From positions 39,961-103,960 of the forward strand of contig JABAZK010000163.1 of assembly GCA_018608485.1 (NCBI GenBank): a stretch of 64,000 bases of DNA, read 5' to 3'. The notes under the pieces are model-generated. The model was not told the origin of the DNA. It did no database searches and saw only the letters and a program-made list of their open reading frames with translations. Shown one piece after another: positions 31,742-44,253 of this stretch. This stretch comes from Flavobacteriaceae bacterium. Lineage in GTDB: Bacteria > Bacteroidota > Bacteroidia > Flavobacteriales > Flavobacteriaceae. A program made the translations under genes and the position numbers. The number at the start of each line of letters is the position of its first letter. Position 1 is the first letter of the stretch.

Positions 31742-32638
31742 ATGATTATAAAAAATTTTATCAAAGCTGCTAGACTTAGAACCTTACCATTGTCTATTTC
31801 AGGAATTATTTTAGGAGGTTTTTTAGCTATGTCAGATGGTTTATTTAACGGTGTTATTTTTAGTTTGGCTATACTTACAACTATTGGTTTTCAAGTAATT
31901 TCAAATTTTGCCAATGATTATGGTGATGGAGTCAAAGGTACTGATGCCATTAGAATAGGAGAGGAAAGAATGGTGAGTTCAGGTAAGATTTCTCCAAAGC
32001 AAATGAAAAAAGCAATTTTGATTTCGGTTATTCTAACTATTATTTTTGCTCTTTTTCTCATTTATGAGTCCTTTGGTCTAAGTAATTTTGGATATTCATT
32101 ATTGTTTTTCGTTCTAGGAATAGTTTCTATAGTAGCAGCTATAAAATATACCGTTGGTGATTTAGCCTACGGTTATAGCGGCTTTGGTGATGTATTTGTA
32201 TTTCTTTTTTTTGGATTACTAAGTGTTTTAGGAAGTTATTTTTTATTTACAAAAGAAATTTATTTTCTTCTAACATTACCTGCTATTTCAATTGGTCTAT
32301 TAAGCACAGCTGTGTTAAATCTCAATAATATGAGAGATTATCAAAATGATAAAAAATCAAATAAAAATACAATCGTTGTCAAAATAGGTCTAAAAGCAGC
32401 TAAAAGATATCATTACAGCTTACTATTGCTCTCGTTTATTAGCGCCGTAAGTTATGTAGTTCTTACTTTTACAAAAACAGTTCAATTTATATTTCTTTTA
32501 GCTTATATTCCGTTAGTAATCCATGCTTTATTTGTTTACAACAATAAAGAAGAACTTAGGTTAGATGCAGAATTAAAAAAAGTAGCTTTAAGTACATTTC
32601 TATTTTCTGTTCTTTTGGGCTTGGGTCAAGTGTTGTAA
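31742..32638 (+). CDS. menA: 1,4-dihydroxy-2-naphthoate octaprenyltransferase
   Basis: AARLRTLPL, NFANDYGD and NNMRD...DKK. Confidence 0.95.
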   Translation: MIIKNFIKAARLRTLPLSISGIILGGFLAMSDGLFNGVIFSLAILTTIGFQVISNFANDYGDGVKGTDAIRIGEERMVSSGKISPKQMKKAILISVILTIIFALFLIYESFGLSNFGYSLLFFVLGIVSIVAAIKYTVGDLAYGYSGFGDVFVFLFFGLLSVLGSYFLFTKEIYFLLTLPAISIGLLSTAVLNLNNMRDYQNDKKSNKNTIVVKIGLKAAKRYHYSLLLLSFISAVSYVVLTFTKTVQFIFLLAYIPLVIHALFVYNNKEELRLDAELKKVALSTFLFSVLLGLGQVL

Positions 32639-32662
32639 TTTTAAACTAGTCATATATAATTC

Positions 32663-33175
32663 ATGAAAACAGTAAAAATTGTTATTACATTCTTAGTTAT
32701 TCTCTCAGTATTATTTTTTAGTACCGGTTTAATAATTAAAGACAGTAGTTATGATTCTCAAATAACCATTTTAAAACCTGTGGATGATACGTTTGCCTTG
32801 TTTACAAATGTTTCAACAATAACTAATTGGAACCCAGAATATAGTTCTGTAGAAATAGTTGACCAAAAGCCTGGTATTACTGGAAGTAGTTATAATATTC
32901 TCATTCAACATAATGATCAAACTACCATTGTGAAAGAGAAAGTATTGGCGTATGTTAAGAATGAAAAGTTAACCCTTTTTTTTGATAGGGATGGAGTAAT
33001 TGAAAGAGATGAATATTCTTTTACAGCTGAGGGGAATTCCACGATTATTCATTTGAGTGCTAGTTACCAGGCAAAAAGTTATATCTTAGGATGTGTATTG
33101 CCTTTTTTTAAATCTAAATTTAAAAATATTGATGAGGTTTCTTTGAATAATTTTAAAGCCTTTGCTGAAAAATAA
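32663..33175 (+). CDS. SRPBCC/START-like protein with N-terminal membrane anchor
   Basis: N-terminal TM followed by a 'FALFTNVSTITNWNP' SRPBCC-like pattern. Confidence 0.7.
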   Translation: MKTVKIVITFLVILSVLFFSTGLIIKDSSYDSQITILKPVDDTFALFTNVSTITNWNPEYSSVEIVDQKPGITGSSYNILIQHNDQTTIVKEKVLAYVKNEKLTLFFDRDGVIERDEYSFTAEGNSTIIHLSASYQAKSYILGCVLPFFKSKFKNIDEVSLNNFKAFAEK

Positions 33176-33180
33176 ATATT

Positions 33181-34221
33181 TTGATTAAAGCAACTTACTA
33201 CAAATATATTTTACAATTTAAAACACCTAGTGGAACCTCAAGAGGTATTTTAAAAACTAAAGAAACTTGGTTTTTATACCTTTCTAAAGAAGGTGAATTT
33301 GGAGTAGGAGAATGTGGTCTTTTTAGAGGATTAAGTATAGATGATAGGCCCGATTATGAGGACAAACTAAAATGGGTTTGTAATAATATTGAATTAGGCT
33401 TAGATATTCTTTTAGCAAAAACAATTCATTTTCCTAGTATCCAAATTGGATTAGAACAAGCGTTTCTGTCGCTCCAATCACCATCACCTTTTAAATTATT
33501 TGTTTCTAACTTCACAGAATCCAATAAAGCTATAGATATTAATGGTCTAATTTGGATGGGAGATCGTGAATTTATGAATGATCAAATAAAAGAGAAGATA
33601 GCTGAAGGGTTTCGTTGTCTAAAAATGAAAATTGGAGCCATAGACTTTGCAACAGAAATTCAGTTAATAGCATCCATAAGAAAAGAGTTTTCAATTAAAG
33701 ATATAGAATTACGGGTAGATGCTAATGGTGCTTTTAAGCCATCAGAAGCTTTGGAGAAATTAAAGATATTATCAAATTATGATTTGCATTCAATAGAACA
33801 ACCTATCCGTCAGGGGCACTATCAAGAAATGGCATTACTTTGCGAAGAAACACCCTTACCAATAGCTTTAGATGAAGAATTAATTGGGGTGTTTGATGTA
33901 ACTAAGAGAACAAAAATGCTACAAATAATAAAACCTCAATATATCATTTTAAAGCCTAGTTTAGTTGGTGGGTTTAAAGAGAGTTTAGAATGGATAGAGT
34001 TAGCCAAAAAATCTGGTATAGGTTGGTGGGTTACTAGTGCTTTAGAAAGTAATATTGGTTTAAATGCCATAGCTCAATGGACTGCAACTTTAAAAAGTAG
34101 TATGCCTCAGGGTCTGGGAACGGGAGGTTTATTTACTAACAACTTTGATAGTCCTTTAGAGGTCAACAAAGGAGGACTTTATTATAAAGATAATAAAAAC
34201 TGGAATTTTAATTTAATATGA
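33181..34221 (+). CDS. menC: o-succinylbenzoate synthase
   Basis: Enolase-superfamily motifs KMKIG, RVDANG, EQP, ALDE and ILKP. Sits in the men cluster. Confidence 0.9.
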   Translation: MIKATYYKYILQFKTPSGTSRGILKTKETWFLYLSKEGEFGVGECGLFRGLSIDDRPDYEDKLKWVCNNIELGLDILLAKTIHFPSIQIGLEQAFLSLQSPSPFKLFVSNFTESNKAIDINGLIWMGDREFMNDQIKEKIAEGFRCLKMKIGAIDFATEIQLIASIRKEFSIKDIELRVDANGAFKPSEALEKLKILSNYDLHSIEQPIRQGHYQEMALLCEETPLPIALDEELIGVFDVTKRTKMLQIIKPQYIILKPSLVGGFKESLEWIELAKKSGIGWWVTSALESNIGLNAIAQWTATLKSSMPQGLGTGGLFTNNFDSPLEVNKGGLYYKDNKNWNFNLI

Positions 34222-35165
34222 ATTTTTTACAAACAGGCTACAAGGGTAAAAATGAATCATGGATGTATGTTGTAATGTTTTTTATCGTTTTTTTAGGAAG
34301 TTCTTTAGGTCAAATTCCCATTACAATAAAAGCTTTTATTGCTTCAGGTAAAGACATGCAGAGGTTTTCGGAAAGCGGGCAGAATTCATTTGCTGACTTA
34401 GGGATTGATTCTAATTTATATCTTTTTCTTATACTACTATCATTTATAATTCCATTGTTATTATTTATTCCATTGGTAAAATCTATTCATAAGAAAAAAA
34501 TTAGATGGATAATAACTTCAAGAAAAAAAATAGATTGGAGTCGTTTCTTTTTTGGTATTTTCATTTGGGGATTAGTTACAATATTTTTTTTAGGATCAGA
34601 TATCATACTCTCTCCAGAAAAATATGTTTGGAACTTTAAACCCATCCCATTTTTTACGCTCTGTTTTGTTGCTATTGTTTTTATGCCCTTACAAACAAGT
34701 TTAGAGGAATTATTATTTAGAGGTTACTATATGCAGGGTCTTGCATTATGGATTAAAAATAAATGGGCACCATTAATTATTATGTCAGTTGTCTTTGGTT
34801 TATTGCACGGGTTGAATCCTGAGATAGAAAAACTAGGATATATCGCCTTGGTATTTTACATAGGGACTGGATTCTTTTTTGGGATAGTTACCCTTATGGA
34901 TGACGGAATTGAGTTGGCTATGGGGATGCATGCAGTTAACAATATATTAGCAGCTTTATTTGTTACAACAGATTGGACTGTTTTTCAGACAGAAGCCCTT
35001 TTTATTGATGTCTCTGAACCTTCTCTTGGTGTAGAAATGTTTTTACCCGTAGTTGTGTTGTATCCAATTGTATTTTTAATTTTTTCTAAAAAGTATGGTT
35101 GGTCTAATTGGAAAGAGAAAATTTTTGGAAAGCTAGAAAAACCCTCACTTATTGAAATCGAATAG
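34218..35165 (+). CDS. CPBP (Abi/CAAX) intramembrane glutamic endopeptidase
   Basis: EELLFRG, FGLLH and HAVNN motifs. Confidence 0.92.
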   Translation: MNFLQTGYKGKNESWMYVVMFFIVFLGSSLGQIPITIKAFIASGKDMQRFSESGQNSFADLGIDSNLYLFLILLSFIIPLLLFIPLVKSIHKKKIRWIITSRKKIDWSRFFFGIFIWGLVTIFFLGSDIILSPEKYVWNFKPIPFFTLCFVAIVFMPLQTSLEELLFRGYYMQGLALWIKNKWAPLIIMSVVFGLLHGLNPEIEKLGYIALVFYIGTGFFFGIVTLMDDGIELAMGMHAVNNILAALFVTTDWTVFQTEALFIDVSEPSLGVEMFLPVVVLYPIVFLIFSKKYGWSNWKEKIFGKLEKPSLIEIE

Positions 35166-36198
35166 CTTCCATACAAGTTTCCAAATTAATGGAAAAATAT
35201 TTTCAAATTCTGAGGAACTTGTTCAGTTTTCTCAATCAATTTCAAAAGAAATCAATCAGTTTTTAAAAGAATGGTTTTCTGATGCCCACTATGTATTAGT
35301 TAATACTTCTGGATCTACGGGTATTCCTAAAACTATTAAACTTCGCAAGGATTTTATGATAAATTCGGCTTTAGCTACTGGTCGTTATTTTCAATTAGGA
35401 GAGAACACAAAAGCATTATGTTGCTTGCCTATCAAATTTATTGCCGGAAAAATGATGTTGGTTAGAGCGCTATCACTTGGTTGGGATTTAGATGTAATAG
35501 AATCTACCTCTAATCCATTACAAGAAATCACAAAAGAATATGACTTTTCTGCAATGGTGCCTTTACAACTAAGAAATTCAATTTCAAAAATTGACCAAAT
35601 AAAAACGTTGATTGTTGGTGGAGGAGTGGTTTCTAGAGATTTAAACATTGCCATTCAAACTGTTGACACAAAATGTTATGCTACCTATGGGATGACAGAA
35701 ACAATTACTCATGTTGCTATTAAGAAGTTAAATAAATTCACCAAATTAGAACTTGAGTCAGAATCTGTATACAAAACATTACCTGATGTCACTATTTCAA
35801 AAGATAAAAGAAGTTGTCTAGTTATACATGCTCCAAAAATCTCTGATGTAAATATCATTACTAATGATGTAGTAGAGGTTGTTTCTAAAACTGAATTTAA
35901 TTGGAAAGGTCGTTTAGATCATGTTATCAATTCAGGAGGGGTGAAATTACATCCAGAAGAAATTGAACAAAAATTATCACACACTATACATTCACGATTT
36001 TTTATAGCTGGAATTCCGGATGAAATATTAGGTGAAAAATGCATACTAGTTATTGAAGGTGAAAATTATCAAATAACAAAAAAACACTTTTCAAGGTTGT
36101 CTAGATTTGAAATTCCTAAAGAAATTTTCTTTATTCCAAAATTTATAGAGACAGGATCTGGTAAAATACAACGTTTTAAAACTCTGGACTTGTTGTGA
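35152..36198 (+). CDS. menE: AMP-binding enzyme, short o-succinylbenzoate-CoA ligase type
   Basis: TSGSTGIPK, YGMTET, GRLDHVINSGG and GKIQR. Sits in the men cluster. Confidence 0.85.
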   Translation: MKSNSFHTSFQINGKIFSNSEELVQFSQSISKEINQFLKEWFSDAHYVLVNTSGSTGIPKTIKLRKDFMINSALATGRYFQLGENTKALCCLPIKFIAGKMMLVRALSLGWDLDVIESTSNPLQEITKEYDFSAMVPLQLRNSISKIDQIKTLIVGGGVVSRDLNIAIQTVDTKCYATYGMTETITHVAIKKLNKFTKLELESESVYKTLPDVTISKDKRSCLVIHAPKISDVNIITNDVVEVVSKTEFNWKGRLDHVINSGGVKLHPEEIEQKLSHTIHSRFFIAGIPDEILGEKCILVIEGENYQITKKHFSRLSRFEIPKEIFFIPKFIETGSGKIQRFKTLDLL

Positions 36199-36209
36199 TT
36201 AGTTTGCTG

Positions 36210-36926
36210 TTATACTTCTAAAGAGTGGTAAACATTTTGCACATCATCATCTTCTTCTAGTTTTTCCAATAATTTCTCAACATCAGCTTGTTGGTCTTCT
36301 GTTAACTTTGTTGTGGAGGTTGGAATCCTTTCAAAACCTGAAGATATAATTTCTACATTTTCTTTTTCAAAGAAAGATTGAATGGCACCAAATTGTTCAA
36401 ATGGAGCATAGATAATGATTCCTTCTTCATCATCAAATACCTCTTCCACATCAAAATCTATGAGTTCTAATTCTAACTCTTCCATATCAATGGAAATATC
36501 CTCTTTTTTTACAGTAAAATTACACGTATGATCAAACATAAAAACCACTGAACCTGAAGTTCCAAAATTTCCTTCACATTTATTAAAAATTGCTCTAACA
36601 TTAGCAACAGTTCTATTATTATTGTCGGTCGCGGTTTCAATTAATACAGCTATACCGTGGGGAGCATAGCCTTCAAATAAAACTTCTTTAAAATTGGCGG
36701 TATCCTTATCGGTAGCTTTTTTAATAGCTCGTTCTACATTGTCTTTTGGCATATTTGCAGCCTTAGCATTCTGCATAACAGCTCTTAATCTAGAATTTGT
36801 GTCTGGGTTTGGTCCTCCCTCTTTTACAGCCATCACTATATCCTTCCCAATTCTTGTAAATGTTTTGGCCATTGCAGACCAACGTTTCATTTTTCTTGCT
36901 TTTCTAAATTCGAATGCTCTTCCCAT
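36210..36926 (-). CDS. YebC/PmpR family protein
   Basis: MGRAFEFRK, NMPKDNVERAI, TDNNNRT and DDDVQNVY. Confidence 0.95.
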   Translation of the reverse strand: MGRAFEFRKARKMKRWSAMAKTFTRIGKDIVMAVKEGGPNPDTNSRLRAVMQNAKAANMPKDNVERAIKKATDKDTANFKEVLFEGYAPHGIAVLIETATDNNNRTVANVRAIFNKCEGNFGTSGSVVFMFDHTCNFTVKKEDISIDMEELELELIDFDVEEVFDDEEGIIIYAPFEQFGAIQSFFEKENVEIISSGFERIPTSTTKLTEDQQADVEKLLEKLEEDDDVQNVYHSLEV

Positions 36927-36961
36927 GATTAACTTTTTATTAAAGACTACATTTTTACTAA

Positions 36962-38590
36962 TTAAACTTGAACAACACCTAAATTAAACTTCCTCTCTAT
37001 TGGTGCGTGGTTTGCTGCTTCAATACCCATTGAAACCCAAGTTCTAGTGTCTAATGGATTTATGACTCCATCGGTCCAAATTCTAGCAGCAGCATAATAA
37101 GGAGATATTTGATGATCATAGCGAGATTTTATTTTTTCAAATAATTCATCTTCTTTTTCAGACGTAATTTTTTCACCTTTCTTTTTTAAAGAAGCTTTCT
37201 CAATTTGTAATAATACCTTTGCAGCTGAATTCCCACTCATTACAGCTAATTCTGCACTTGGCCATGATGCAATTAATCTAGGGTCGTATGCTTTACCGCA
37301 CATCGCATAATTTCCTGCTCCATAAGAATTTCCAATAATAATTGTAAATTTTGGAACTACAGAATTGCTAACTGCATTCACCATCTTAGCACCATCTTTT
37401 ATAATTCCACCATGTTCAGATTTAGAACCTACCATAAAACCAGTAACATCTTGTAGAAATAATAAAGGAATTTTTTTCTGATTACAGTTGGCAATAAATC
37501 GGGTAGCTTTATCTGCAGAATCAGAGTAAATAACACCTCCAAATTGCATTTCTCCCTTTTTTGTTTTTACTACTTTTCTTTGATTGGCAACAATACCTAC
37601 TGCCCATCCATCTATGCGTGCATAAGCGGTAATAATTGTTTTTCCAAACCCTTCTTTATATTCTTCAAATTCAGAATTATCAACAATACGTTTAATAATT
37701 TCCTTCATATCGTATTGCTCAGTTCTAAGTTTTGGAAGAATTCCAAGAATCTCCTCTTCTTTTTCTGAAGGTTTAACCGGCTCTATTCTATTAAATCCAG
37801 CAGTATCATGGTCACCAATTTTACCAAGAATATTTTTAATGGTGTCTAGAGCATCTTTATCATCTTTTGCTTTATAATCGGTTACTCCAGAGATTTCACA
37901 ATGGGTTGTTGCACCACCTAATGTTTCATTATCAATACTTTCTCCAATAGCCGCCTTCACTAAATAACTTCCTGCTAAAAAAATGCTACCAGTTTTATCT
38001 ACAATCAAAGCTTCATCACTCATAATAGGTAAATAGGCACCGCCTGCAACACAGCTTCCCATAACAGCAGAAATTTGAGTAATTCCTAGACTACTCATGA
38101 CAGCATTATTTCTAAAAATTCGCCCAAAATGTTCTTTATCTGGAAATATTTCGTCCTGTAGCGGCAAGTATACTCCAGCACTATCTACTAAATAGATTAT
38201 TGGTAGTTTATTTTCAATGGCAATTTCTTGAGCGCGTAAGTTTTTCTTTCCAGTAATGGGAAACCAAGCACCTGCTTTAACAGTAGCATCATTGGCCACT
38301 ACAATACATTGTTTTTTTTGAATATAGCCTATTTTTACAACTACACCTCCCGAAGGGCATCCACCATGTTCCTGATACATCTGTTCACCTGCAAAAGCGC
38401 CAATCTCTATACTTTTAGTTTTGGGATCTAACAGGTAATCTATACGTTCTCTAGCGGTCATTTTTCCTTTCTCGTGATGTTTGCTAATTCTTTCTTGACC
38501 ACCACCTAGTTTCACTTTTACCAATCTTTTTTTAAGTTCACTTATTAAAAGTTTGTTATGATCTTCATTTTTGTTGAAGTTGATATCCAT
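36962..38590 (-). CDS. Acyl-CoA carboxylase carboxyltransferase (methylcrotonyl-CoA carboxylase beta-like)
   Basis: GKMTARERI, NDATVKAG, GSCVAGGAY and GAGNYAMCG. Confidence 0.93.
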   Translation of the reverse strand: MDINFNKNEDHNKLLISELKKRLVKVKLGGGQERISKHHEKGKMTARERIDYLLDPKTKSIEIGAFAGEQMYQEHGGCPSGGVVVKIGYIQKKQCIVVANDATVKAGAWFPITGKKNLRAQEIAIENKLPIIYLVDSAGVYLPLQDEIFPDKEHFGRIFRNNAVMSSLGITQISAVMGSCVAGGAYLPIMSDEALIVDKTGSIFLAGSYLVKAAIGESIDNETLGGATTHCEISGVTDYKAKDDKDALDTIKNILGKIGDHDTAGFNRIEPVKPSEKEEEILGILPKLRTEQYDMKEIIKRIVDNSEFEEYKEGFGKTIITAYARIDGWAVGIVANQRKVVKTKKGEMQFGGVIYSDSADKATRFIANCNQKKIPLLFLQDVTGFMVGSKSEHGGIIKDGAKMVNAVSNSVVPKFTIIIGNSYGAGNYAMCGKAYDPRLIASWPSAELAVMSGNSAAKVLLQIEKASLKKKGEKITSEKEDELFEKIKSRYDHQISPYYAAARIWTDGVINPLDTRTWVSMGIEAANHAPIERKFNLGVVQV

Positions 38591-38674
38591 GAAAATAGTA
38601 TTTGTAGCGAATTTACAAAAGTTTGTCTTTTTTTTACAAAGATGTATTGTAAAGTTTAATTAATTACAAAAAAA

Positions 38675-38694
38675 TTATATTCCTTGGAATATAA
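38675..38694. promoter_or_regulatory. Palindromic operator candidate upstream of marR
   Basis: TTATATTCC-TT-GGAATATAA. A related copy lies at 39215-39232. Confidence 0.65.
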
Positions 38695-38761
38695 AATATT
38701 TTTTTATAGCTTTATATTAAATAATTTTTCCCCCCTTGTTTAATGATTAAAAAATAAAATC

Positions 38762-39199
38762 ATGGGAGATATATCCAAAGACATAAACTCTAGATTTGAG
38801 AATAATAAAATTAAGGCTTTAATTAATATTAAATACACTGCCAACTGGATTAATAGTTATGAAAATGAATTTTTCAGACCCTTCGGTATATCTCCACAAC
38901 AATACAATATATTAAGGATTTTACGCGGTGCTGAAGAACCAATAAAAGTTCAAGTAATTAAAGACAGAATGATTGATAGGGCACCAAATGCTACTCGTTT
39001 AATGGATAAGTTATGCGAGAAGAAATTGATTGAAAGAATTCGTTGTAACGATGATAGAAGAGTAGTTTTTATAAGTATAAATAAAACAGGTTTAAGATTA
39101 CTATCTACCATAGATACTAATACTAAGCTTGGGTTTTTAAATAACCTTACCGAAAAAGAAGCAACAACTTTAAGTAGGTTGTTAGATAAGTTGAGGTAA
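38762..39199 (+). CDS. MarR-family regulator
   Basis: SPQQYNILRILRG, TRLMDKL and DRRVV. Confidence 0.93.
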   Translation: MGDISKDINSRFENNKIKALINIKYTANWINSYENEFFRPFGISPQQYNILRILRGAEEPIKVQVIKDRMIDRAPNATRLMDKLCEKKLIERIRCNDDRRVVFISINKTGLRLLSTIDTNTKLGFLNNLTEKEATTLSRLLDKLR

Positions 39200-39239
39200 A
39201 AAAATTTCAATAAATATATTCCATGGGGATTAAATTATC

Positions 39240-39953
39240 ATGCATAAAATAAAACATAGCGCTAATTCTAGAGGTTTGGCTGATCATGGCTGGTTAAAAA
39301 GTAACCATTCATTTAGTTTTGCCAATTATTACAATTCTGATAGAATGAATTTTGGAGCATTGAGAGTTCTGAATGATGATATTGTTCAACCTAAAATGGG
39401 TTTTGGAACTCATCCTCATCAGAATATGGAGATTATATCTATTCCTTTAAAAGGAACATTATCTCACAAAGATAGCATGAATAATATTCGTTCTTTAGAG
39501 GTTAATGAAGTGCAAGTAATGAGTGCAGGAACAGGATTAACTCATTCAGAATTTAATGATAGCAAAACAGATGAGGTACATTTTCTACAACTTTGGATCA
39601 TGCCTGAGAAGCTAGGAATTACTCCATCCTATAATCAAAAGATATTTAATCCTGAGAATAGAAGAAATAAATTTCAAACACTAGTTTCACCAAGAACTAA
39701 TCAAGTTAAAGGTAGCTTGACTATAAATCAACAAGCTTATATTTCTATCATAGATTTAGATGCGGGAGTGTATTTGAAATATAATTTACATAATGCTGCT
39801 TACTTCTTTGTAATAAGTGGAAAGGTGGTGATAGAAAACGAAGAGTTGAATCACAGAGATGCTCTTGGTGTTACCATGACAAATAAAGTTTCTTTAAGAG
39901 CTATTAGTGATGCAAAGTTGATAGTGATAGATGTTCCTGTAGATTTATTTTAA
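39240..39953 (+). CDS. Pirin family protein (YhhW type)
   Basis: RGLADHGWL, FGTHPHQNMEI and MSAGTGLTHSE. Confidence 0.95.
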   Translation: MHKIKHSANSRGLADHGWLKSNHSFSFANYYNSDRMNFGALRVLNDDIVQPKMGFGTHPHQNMEIISIPLKGTLSHKDSMNNIRSLEVNEVQVMSAGTGLTHSEFNDSKTDEVHFLQLWIMPEKLGITPSYNQKIFNPENRRNKFQTLVSPRTNQVKGSLTINQQAYISIIDLDAGVYLKYNLHNAAYFFVISGKVVIENEELNHRDALGVTMTNKVSLRAISDAKLIVIDVPVDLF

Positions 39954-39979
39954 ACTTTTTCTTAAAGCCTCCTAATTAA

Positions 39980-42076
<2,097 letters not shown>

Positions 42077-42230
42077 TTTTTTGAAACTATTTTTTAATGA
42101 TCTATCCTACAAATTTCTAATAGAACAAAATACCATTTCTTGAATAGTATAACTTCAAAAAAATGTCGACATTTGTTTTTCTAACCAACTACTAAAGTTT
42201 TCATAACTTTAGTAACTTAAATTAATACCA

Positions 42231-42407
42231 ATGGATAAAAATGGAGTTTTAGCATGGGCCACAATCATCATGATAGTTGTAGGTTTAGCATTGATAGGCC
42301 TAGGAGCGTTTAGATATGACGATGTAGCAGGATGGGGATTTGCATCAGTAGGAATTGGTTTTTTTGCTATTGCATGGGTATTCAATGCATTAAAAGGAAG
42401 AGTCTAG
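42231..42407 (+). CDS. Small 58-aa two-helix membrane protein upstream of ettA (not in ORF track)
   Basis: Hand translation MDKNGVLAWATIIMIVVGLALIGLGAFRYDDVAGWGFASVGIGFFAIAWVFNALKGRV*. Coding-like composition. Resembles a small Flavobacterial family I recall (CAL67264-like). Confidence 0.85.
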   Translation: MDKNGVLAWATIIMIVVGLALIGLGAFRYDDVAGWGFASVGIGFFAIAWVFNALKGRV

Positions 42408-42434
42408 TTTTATTTAATTTTAAATTACCATTAA

Positions 42435-44126
42435 ATGTCTGATGATAAAAAAGTTATTTTCTCCATGTCTGGAGTTAATAAAACTTACCAAAGTACAAAT
42501 AAACAAGTTTTAAAAAATATTTACTTAAGTTTCTTTTATGGAGCTAAAATTGGGATCCTTGGATTAAATGGATCAGGGAAGTCTACACTTTTAAAAATTA
42601 TAGCTGGAGTTGAGAAAAACTTTCAGGGAGATGTTACTTTTTCTCCAGGATACAAAGTTGGATATTTAGAGCAAGAGCCCAAACTAGATCCAGAAAAAAC
42701 TGTTATGGAGGTAGTAAAGGAGGGTGTTGCAGAGACAGTAGCTATCTTAGATGAATACAATAAAATAAACGAATTATTTGGATTAGAGGAAGTATATTCC
42801 GATGCAGATAGGATGGATAAGTTAATGGCACAGCAAGCTGATTTGCAGGATAAAATTGATGCCTCTAATGCATGGGAGTTGGACACTAAACTAGAGATAG
42901 CGATGGATGCCCTAAGAACCCCTGATTCTGATAAAAAAATTGGTATACTTTCTGGTGGTGAAAAAAGGAGAGTTGCCTTGTGTAGATTACTTTTACAAGA
43001 ACCTGAAATTTTATTACTAGATGAACCAACTAACCATTTAGATGCAGAATCTGTTCATTGGTTAGAACATCATTTAGCTCAATACAAAGGAACTGTAATA
43101 GCTGTAACTCACGATAGATATTTCTTAGATAATGTAGCTGGTTGGATATTAGAACTAGACAGAGGAGAGGGAATTCCATGGAAAGGAAACTATTCATCTT
43201 GGCTAGATCAGAAATCTAAAAGATTAGCTCAAGAGAGCAATACAGCATCAAAGAGACAAAAAACGCTAGAACGAGAACTCGATTGGGTTAGACAAGGAGC
43301 AAAGGGAAGACAAACGAAACAGAAAGCTCGTTTAAAAAGTTATGAGCGTTTAATGAGTCAAGATCAAAAACAACAGGAAGAGAAATTAGAAATATTTATC
43401 CCAAACGGTCCTAGATTAGGAACTAATGTTATTGAAGCTTCAGGTGTATCTAAAGCATTCGGAGATAAATTACTTTATGAAAATTTAGAGTTTAATTTAC
43501 CGCAGGCTGGAATTGTTGGAATTATTGGGCCAAATGGTGCAGGAAAAACCACTATTTTTAAAATGATTATGGGTGAGGAAAATGCTGACAAAGGGAATTT
43601 TAATGTTGGTTCAACAGCTAAGATAGCCTATGTAGATCAAGCACACTCAAACATTGATACAGAAAAATCTATTTGGCAAAACTTTTCTGATGGACAAGAT
43701 TTAGTAATAATGGGAGGAAAGCAAGTTAATTCGAGAGCTTACTTGAGTCGTTTTAATTTTTCAGGAAGTGAACAAAATAAAAAAGTTAGTACGCTGTCTG
43801 GAGGAGAGAGAAATAGATTGCACCTAGCAATGACCCTTAAAGAAGAGGGGAACGTTTTATTATTAGATGAGCCAACTAATGATTTAGATGTAAACACTCT
43901 GAGAGCACTGGAAGAAGGTTTAGAGAATTTTGCAGGTTGTGCAGTGGTTATAAGTCATGATAGGTGGTTTTTAGATAGAGTATGTACACATATTTTAGCT
44001 TTTGAAGGTGATAGCCAAGTATATTTCTTTGAAGGTTCATTTTCAGAGTATGAAGAAAATAAAAAGAAACGTTTGGGCGGAGATATCATGCCAAAACGAA
44101 TCAAATACAAGAAGTTAATTCGATAA
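42435..44126 (+). CDS. ettA: ABC-F translational throttle protein EttA
   Basis: SFFYGAKIG, two Walker A motifs, LLLDEPTN twice, and ELDRGEGIPWKGNYSSWL. Confidence 0.96.
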   Translation: MSDDKKVIFSMSGVNKTYQSTNKQVLKNIYLSFFYGAKIGILGLNGSGKSTLLKIIAGVEKNFQGDVTFSPGYKVGYLEQEPKLDPEKTVMEVVKEGVAETVAILDEYNKINELFGLEEVYSDADRMDKLMAQQADLQDKIDASNAWELDTKLEIAMDALRTPDSDKKIGILSGGEKRRVALCRLLLQEPEILLLDEPTNHLDAESVHWLEHHLAQYKGTVIAVTHDRYFLDNVAGWILELDRGEGIPWKGNYSSWLDQKSKRLAQESNTASKRQKTLERELDWVRQGAKGRQTKQKARLKSYERLMSQDQKQQEEKLEIFIPNGPRLGTNVIEASGVSKAFGDKLLYENLEFNLPQAGIVGIIGPNGAGKTTIFKMIMGEENADKGNFNVGSTAKIAYVDQAHSNIDTEKSIWQNFSDGQDLVIMGGKQVNSRAYLSRFNFSGSEQNKKVSTLSGGERNRLHLAMTLKEEGNVLLLDEPTNDLDVNTLRALEEGLENFAGCAVVISHDRWFLDRVCTHILAFEGDSQVYFFEGSFSEYEENKKKRLGGDIMPKRIKYKKLIR

Positions 44127-44253
44127 AAATTGCAACTCAAGATTTGTTATTTTTTTAAAGTGATTTTCTTTTCTTCTCTAAATTGACGTTTATCATTTAT
44201 GTATTTTTATAAAAAAAAAGGCTTCATCTAGATTAAATTAACCTTATATTAAA

